From Candidatus Moraniibacteriota bacterium (GTDB lineage: Bacteria > Patescibacteriota > Minisyncoccia > Moranbacterales > GWC2-37-73): a DNA stretch of 64,000 nt. The position numbers were made by a program, and so were the translations under genes. Below, piece by piece: positions 58,883-64,000 of this stretch (its first letter is position 1; each line of letters opens with the position of its first letter). The notes under the pieces were generated by a model that did no database searches, was not told where the DNA came from, and was given only the letters and a program-made list of their open reading frames with translations. Location: positions 74,634 to 138,633 of the forward strand of contig JAAXUC010000002.1 of assembly GCA_013336225.1 (NCBI GenBank), in the 5' to 3' direction.

Positions 58883-59857
58883 ATGAAATATATGAAAAAG
58901 AATTTTTGGGAAAAAATGCAAAAGCCATTTTTTGTGTTGGCACCGATGGCGGATGTGACTGACTTTGCGCAAAGGCAAATGCTTGTTAAATATGGAAAAC
59001 CTGATGTTTTATATACTGAATTTGTCAGCGCAGATGGCTTGGCCAGTGAAAAAGGTCGCAAGGCTTTGCTGCGCGACATGCGCTTTGAGGAAAATGAACA
59101 TCCGATTGTGGCGCAAATCTTCGGTGCAAATCCGGAAAACATTAAAAAGGCCACGGAGATTCTGTGCGAGCTTGGTTTTGATGGTATTGAGATAAATATG
59201 GGCTGTCCTGATCGCAGCGTGGAAAAACAAGGCGCTGGGTCGGCGCTAATGAAAAATCCCAAGCTTGCCAGGGAATTGATTCGCGCAGCCAAAGCTGGGG
59301 CGGGGGAGATTCCAATTTCAGTAAAAACTCGTCTTGGCTATAATAAAAATGAAATTGAAACTTGGCTGCCGGAAATTTTGGCTGAGCAACCTGCTGTGCT
59401 CACAGTGCACCTGCGCACGCGCAAGGAGATGTCAGAGGTTGCTGCTCATTGGGAATTGGCTCCGCGCATCGCAGCGCTTGCCAGGGAGCACGGGGTGATT
59501 ATTGTGGGCAATGGAGATGTGCAAAGTTTGCAGGATGGAAAACAAAAAGCCAAAGATTCTGGCATGGATGGAATCATGGTGGGGCGCGGAATTTTTGGTA
59601 ATCCCTGGTTTTTCAATAAAAAGATTTCCATTGATGACATTCCACTCTCAGAAAGATTCGCTGTGATGATTGAACATGCTAAACTTTTTGAAAAAGAACT
59701 TGCAAGTAAGAAAATCAAAGGTTTTCACGTGATGAAAAAGCATTTCAAGGCATATGTGGGTGGTTTTGACGGCGCCAAAGAATTGCGCGCTAAACTGATG
59801 GAAACAGAGAGCGTGAAAGAAGTTGAAGATATAGTTAGTGGCTACTTTAATAAATGA
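58883..59857 (+). CDS. dus: tRNA-dihydrouridine synthase
   Basis: LAPMADVTD, YTEFVS, INMGCP, GAGSAL, SVKTR, VH.RT, GNGDV, MVGRG..GNPW. Confidence 0.95.
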   Translation: MKYMKKNFWEKMQKPFFVLAPMADVTDFAQRQMLVKYGKPDVLYTEFVSADGLASEKGRKALLRDMRFEENEHPIVAQIFGANPENIKKATEILCELGFDGIEINMGCPDRSVEKQGAGSALMKNPKLARELIRAAKAGAGEIPISVKTRLGYNKNEIETWLPEILAEQPAVLTVHLRTRKEMSEVAAHWELAPRIAALAREHGVIIVGNGDVQSLQDGKQKAKDSGMDGIMVGRGIFGNPWFFNKKISIDDIPLSERFAVMIEHAKLFEKELASKKIKGFHVMKKHFKAYVGGFDGAKELRAKLMETESVKEVEDIVSGYFNK

Positions 59858-59878
59858 GTTTCTTATTTTATTTTTTGT

Positions 59879-59996
59879 AAATCAAAAATCTAAATTTCAA
59901 ATGTCAAATAAAGTTCAAAATCAGGATGATTAAACTTTTAGTTTTTTTGTCATTAAGATTTTATTTGAAATTTGGATTTTGACATTGAGATTTTTT
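59879..59996. repeat. Repeat family D copy 2
   Basis: AAATCTAAATTTCAAATGTCAAATAAA...GATTTTATTTGAAATTTGGATTTTGACATTGAGATTT. Confidence 0.7.
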
Positions 59997-60044
59997 TAAA
60001 TAGAATATATACTAAATATATAATACTTAAACAATATTAAATTT

Positions 60045-60413
60045 ATGCGTATTATCCTGCATTGGTTCTTGCGAGCGTTGGCAATCATGATTACTGCTTA
60101 TCTGCTGCCCGGAATTATTTTAAAAAGTTTTTTTGTGGCGCTGGTGGTGGCTGTGGTGTTGGGAATTTTTAACACAATTTTGAAACCGATTTTAATCATT
60201 CTGACTTTGCCAATCACGATTTTAACCTTGGGACTTTTCACTTTGGTTATTAATGCTGGCATGATTATGCTCACAAGCAGATTTGTGGATGGTTTCCATG
60301 TCCCAAGTTTCTGGACAGCACTTTTATTCAGTTTGATTCTTTCTTTGGTTAATGCGATTTTACATGCACTTGAGCCAAGCAAGAATCATCATGCTGAAAA
60401 TAAAAATGAATAG
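60045..60413 (+). CDS. YvlD / holin superfamily IV membrane protein
   Basis: N..LKPIL.ILTLP...LTLGLF..VINA, GF.V..FW.AL. Confidence 0.9.
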   Translation: MRIILHWFLRALAIMITAYLLPGIILKSFFVALVVAVVLGIFNTILKPILIILTLPITILTLGLFTLVINAGMIMLTSRFVDGFHVPSFWTALLFSLILSLVNAILHALEPSKNHHAENKNE

Positions 60414-60431
60414 AAATTTTTGAAAAAAATT

Positions 60432-60465
60432 AAAAGGCGCGCTAGATTTTTCTAGTGCGCCTTTT
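60432..60465. terminator. Bidirectional terminator
   Basis: AAAAGGCGCGCTAGA/TCTAGTGCGCCTTTT. Confidence 0.8.
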
Positions 60466-60487
60466 GTATTTGACTAATGTTGGAGCT

Positions 60488-60949
60488 TTAAGCTGTTTGT
60501 TCCAAGTGGAGCTGAAGCTCCTGGAAATAGTTTATTCTGCGATCAATTTTCCGCAGAAGATGAAAGATGTTATCCATTGTGTTGAGATAGTCACTAATAT
60601 TCTCCGGATCCGCTTCTAATTTTGCTGGTAAGAAAGCAAAATATTCCAAGCAATCTGAGGCAATCGTTTTGCTCACTTCCAGACGATCAATTCTTCTTTT
60701 GCGTGCAATGCTCTTGATTGCTTTGTCTCCGCTTAATAAATAAGCTTCGATAGCATCAAAGACTTGCTGGGTGTACTCCTGGTTTTTAAAACGATTGGAT
60801 GGAATTTTCGTGATGGTCCAGTGCATCAGTTGAATTGCTTTTTTGCAAGCATCTTGCTTGCCAGTCAAAACATCATCCACCACCGGGCTCAATATCTCAG
60901 TGAGTTTGATAAAACAATGATTATTTTTTCTGCTAAAATAATACTTCAT
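60488..60949 (-). CDS. Hypothetical protein
   Basis: 153-aa ORF downstream of obg, GGAGG upstream on the minus strand. Confidence 0.7.
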   Translation of the reverse strand: MKYYFSRKNNHCFIKLTEILSPVVDDVLTGKQDACKKAIQLMHWTITKIPSNRFKNQEYTQQVFDAIEAYLLSGDKAIKSIARKRRIDRLEVSKTIASDCLEYFAFLPAKLEADPENISDYLNTMDNIFHLLRKIDRRINYFQELQLHLEQTA

Positions 60950-60984
60950 TGCAAACCTCCTTTTTTTGTGGTGATAAGAACTAT

Positions 60985-61947
60985 CTACTTCTCCTTGTCC
61001 AATTCGTTCAAGATTTCTTTGACAACTTGAATTTGCTCCCAGTTATGAATTGAAATTGGCGCAGCATTTTTATTAATCTTCTTGGCTTTGGTTAGGATTT
61101 TCTTGAGTTGTTTTTCGTCGACAGTGTCAGAGCGGGAAACAAGGATGTATTCAGGTTTTTCCAAGAGGGCAGGATTGAAAGCTTTCAGTTCGGCGCGGAT
61201 GGTTTTGTAATCTGCCACAATATCCTCGCTGTCAGCAGCCAGGAAATGAAAAATAATTTTAGTGCGTTCAACATGCCTTAAGAATTTTATTCCAAGTCCT
61301 TTGCCATCTGAAGCACCTTCAATAAGTCCAGGAATGTCAGCCAGAATCAAACTGTAATACACGCCAAGGTTTGGTTCAAGTGTGGTGAATTGATAGTTGG
61401 CCACTTTTACATTGGCGTTGGTAAGTTCATTTAAAAGGGAAGATTTTCCAAGATTAGGTAGACCCACGAATCCGATGTCAGCAATCATTTTAAGTTCCAA
61501 ACGTAATTCGCATTCCTGTCCAGGCTTTCCTTCCTCGAATTCTTTGGGGGTGGTGTTTTTGCTGCCGCGGAATTGAAAATTGCCTCTGCCTCCTCGTCCG
61601 CCTTTGGCAATCAAAATTTCCTGTCCAACTTTGGTGATTTCGCAGTCTTCGCCGGTGGTCAAATTGTGAATCACGGTTCCCACTGGAATTTTGATCATTT
61701 CATCTTTGGCATCTGGTCCATCACAAAACTGACCTTTTCCTTCGCGGCCATTTTCTGCATTAACTTGCTTTCGGAAACGAAATTGTCCGAGCGCATTAAG
61801 ATCGGAAACACCAATAAAAATGACGCTTCCGCCTTTGCCGCCACTTCCGCCAGCTGGCCCAAGACTCATCAGGTTCTTGTTGAATGCCACGCAGCCTTTT
61901 CCGCCATGTCCGGCAGCCACTTCAATTTTAATATCGTCGATCAACAT
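60985..61947 (-). CDS. obg: GTPase Obg/CgtA without C-terminal domain
   Basis: Gly-rich Obg fold, GLPNLGKS, Y.FTTLEPNLG, DIPGLIEGA..G.GLG..FLRHVERT. Confidence 0.97.
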   Translation of the reverse strand: MLIDDIKIEVAAGHGGKGCVAFNKNLMSLGPAGGSGGKGGSVIFIGVSDLNALGQFRFRKQVNAENGREGKGQFCDGPDAKDEMIKIPVGTVIHNLTTGEDCEITKVGQEILIAKGGRGGRGNFQFRGSKNTTPKEFEEGKPGQECELRLELKMIADIGFVGLPNLGKSSLLNELTNANVKVANYQFTTLEPNLGVYYSLILADIPGLIEGASDGKGLGIKFLRHVERTKIIFHFLAADSEDIVADYKTIRAELKAFNPALLEKPEYILVSRSDTVDEKQLKKILTKAKKINKNAAPISIHNWEQIQVVKEILNELDKEK

Positions 61948-62053
61948 ACAAAAGTTATAAAGTTTGTAAAGTTATAAAGTTCATAAAGCAGGTAAGCTTT
62001 AGTGAAAATATAGAATAACACAATATTCTAGGCATGTAAAGGCTGTCGGATTC

Positions 62054-62290
62054 TCACTTAATTTCATCTAAGGATTTTTGCAAACGTTCACTTTCCTTGG
62101 CAATACTGTCATTGATATTGTTTTCCATCGCATTTTTGCGGTCGATGGCGTCTGGCACATAGTTGGCAGTTTTTTCCAAGGTGTCTTTGGTTTCTTTTAT
62201 CATTGATGGTTGTTGGCTTTTAATGGAAATATATTTCCAAACGCCAAATCCTGCTGTCAACAATAAAACAATTGTGATAATTTTTTTCAT
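62054..62290 (-). CDS. Small membrane-anchored protein
   Basis: 78 aa, N-terminal hydrophobic helix, own upstream AT-rich region. Confidence 0.65.
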   Translation of the reverse strand: MKKIITIVLLLTAGFGVWKYISIKSQQPSMIKETKDTLEKTANYVPDAIDRKNAMENNINDSIAKESERLQKSLDEIK

Positions 62291-62402
62291 AGATTTAAAA
62301 TTAATATTTGATAAGTATATTATAGCATGAAGCTCGGTTTGACTTTTATTTAATTATATGTCATTATGTAATTTATCAATAATGTAGAAGATATCTAAAA
62401 AT

Positions 62403-63689
62403 ATGAGTTCAAAAAAACTGATTGAAGAACAATTTGATGTGGTGGTGATCGGTGCTGGTCCAGCTGGGATGATGGCTGCTTTTGCTGCTGCCAAAAAAGG
62501 CGCTCGTGTGGCCTTGGTGGACAAGAAAGAAGAGCCGGGTAAGAAGCTTTTGATGGCAGGTAATGGCCGCTGTAACATTACTCAGGATGAGAATAACATC
62601 GTGGAACTTTCCAATCTCTATAAGAATGGTAGGTTTTTGCTCTCTGCTTTCGGTGCATTTCGTCCTGGCAATGTGCAAGAATTTTTTGCCAATCACGGCG
62701 TGCCAACGAAAGTTGAAAAAAATGGCAAAGTCTATCCAGTCAGTGATAAGGCGCAGGATGTGCTGGATGCTTTGATGAGCGTGCTCAAAGAAAACAACAT
62801 CACTTTTCTATACAAAGCGCATGTGGTTGATTTTTCTTTGGACAGCGAAAACAAAATCAGCAAAATCAAACTCAAGAAGCGGGAACTTTTTCCTGCCAAG
62901 GTGATCATTGCCACGGGCGGAAAATCATATCCAGCCACCGGCTCAATGGGAGATGGATATGAATGGGCAGCAAAAATGGGACACAAAATTATTGAGCCAT
63001 TGCCAGCTTTAGTGCCAATCAAAATTTTGGAAGATTGGGTGGGTGAGCTTCAGGGCGTGAGTGCAGGCTCTGTTGGAATTACCGTGTTTCAAGGTGGCAA
63101 AAAGAAATTCACAGATGCTGGCGACCTGATGTTTGCGCATTATGGTCTTTCTGGTCCATTGGCACTCAACATGAGTCGTGGAATTGGAAAATTGATTTCT
63201 CAAAGTGATGAAAATATAAAACTAGTCTTGGATTTAAAACCATATTTAACTGCTGAGCAATTGGATGAAATCATTCTGACTGATTTTGAAAGAAATGCTG
63301 ACAAGAAATTGTCGAACTGTTTGTTTGATGTTTTTTCTCCAAAACTGCTGGATTTCATTTTGCGCTATTCGGGACTTGATCTGGAAAAGCATGCAGCCAA
63401 AATTTCTCGTAAAGAAAGACATATATTGGTTAATCTCTGTAAGAATTTGGAAATGAACTTTGACAGCTTGTTTGGTTTTGAAAAAGCGATGGTGACGAGT
63501 GGGGGAGTTGCGACCAAAGAAATTGATTCACGAACTATGCAATCAAAAATCGTGCCCAATCTTTATTTCGCTGGTGAAATCATCGATGTCGATGGTCCAA
63601 CAGGGGGCTATAATTTGCAAATGTGTTGGTCAACCGGACATTTGGCTGGCGAAAGCGCAGCCAAGAATCTCATTGACATTAAGGCCTAG
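62403..63689 (+). CDS. HI0933/BaiN/YhiN family flavoprotein
   Basis: GAGPAGMMAA, GKKLL.AGNGRCN.T, ATGG.SYP.TG..GDG, A.VT.GGV, G.TGGYNLQ. Confidence 0.95.
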   Translation: MSSKKLIEEQFDVVVIGAGPAGMMAAFAAAKKGARVALVDKKEEPGKKLLMAGNGRCNITQDENNIVELSNLYKNGRFLLSAFGAFRPGNVQEFFANHGVPTKVEKNGKVYPVSDKAQDVLDALMSVLKENNITFLYKAHVVDFSLDSENKISKIKLKKRELFPAKVIIATGGKSYPATGSMGDGYEWAAKMGHKIIEPLPALVPIKILEDWVGELQGVSAGSVGITVFQGGKKKFTDAGDLMFAHYGLSGPLALNMSRGIGKLISQSDENIKLVLDLKPYLTAEQLDEIILTDFERNADKKLSNCLFDVFSPKLLDFILRYSGLDLEKHAAKISRKERHILVNLCKNLEMNFDSLFGFEKAMVTSGGVATKEIDSRTMQSKIVPNLYFAGEIIDVDGPTGGYNLQMCWSTGHLAGESAAKNLIDIKA

Positions 63690-63701
63690 TTGCTGTATGC
63701 T
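63673..63701 (+). promoter_or_regulatory. Sigma70 promoter for the RRM gene
   Basis: TTGACA-17 bp-TATGCT. Confidence 0.7.
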
Positions 63702-63799
63702 AGGGTTAATTGTAAGTGTCTTACTGGTTTTCGCCTTTGGTGCGTAAAATTAAGAGAGGAGGTCGCCTTACATGTTTAATAAGCACAAAGCGAAAAACT

Positions 63800-64000
63800 A
63801 TGGCAACAAAACTTTACGTTGGTGGTCTTCCATATTCAACTACGGAAGATGCACTTAAAGACCTTTTTGCACAAGCAGGTTCTGTAACTTCTGCAACAAT
63901 CATCATGGATAAAATGACTGGTCGTTCAAAAGGATTCGGATTCGTTGAAATGTCTGCTGACGCAGAAGCGCAAGCAGCAATCGAAATGTTTGACAAAAAA
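63800..64000 (+). CDS. RRM (RNP-1) RNA-binding protein, 3'-partial
   Basis: Manual translation MATKLYVGGLPYSTTEDALKDLFAQAG...GRSKGFGFVEM: RNP2 and RNP1 motifs. Confidence 0.95.
   Translation, partial: MATKLYVGGLPYSTTEDALKDLFAQAGSVTSATIIMDKMTGRSKGFGFVEMSADAEAQAAIEMFDKK

Noticed and set aside
60045-60413. Holin gene as prophage evidence
   Set aside because: YvlD-type proteins are common chromosomal genes and no phage genes flank it
61846-61860. TCCGCCAGCTGGCCC in obg as a fourth palindrome copy
   Set aside because: Only 13 of 16 bases match and it encodes the native Gly-rich GP.GG.GG motif of Obg
63814-63996. Listed minus-strand 60-aa ORF
   Set aside because: Antisense shadow of the plus-strand RRM gene that runs off the window

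Overview
Window from an AT-rich bacterial genome using the standard code. Gene content, lack of Shine-Dalgarno signals and type IV pilus loci without a secretin point to Patescibacteria/CPR (Parcubacteria-like); this is inference. From left to right: the end of an HU gene; a WxL/DUF916-like surface-protein locus containing an apparently exact 987-bp tandem duplication; a 988-aa fibre-like surface protein; type IV pilus locus 1 with hemerythrin, an output-less CHASE4-PAS sensor, a histidine kinase, a receiver and two LytR_C proteins; tRNA-Pro, nth, alr, ECF sigma/anti-sigma, thiI and ychF; type IV pilus locus 2 (HK, receiver, PilB, PilC, minor pilins, PilMNO); a second ECF pair with MacAB-type ABC genes; rarA; a MarR-MFP-RND operon; dus, obg, an HI0933 flavoprotein and the start of an RRM protein. 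No transposase, integrase, CRISPR array or prophage is visible. The intergenic DNA holds several families of small structured repeats with compensatory base changes. A perfect 16-bp palindrome (TCCGCCAGCTGGCGGA) occurs three times, twice in frame inside housekeeping genes (alr, thiI), where it encodes PPAGG. All calls were made by eye; no database searches were run.
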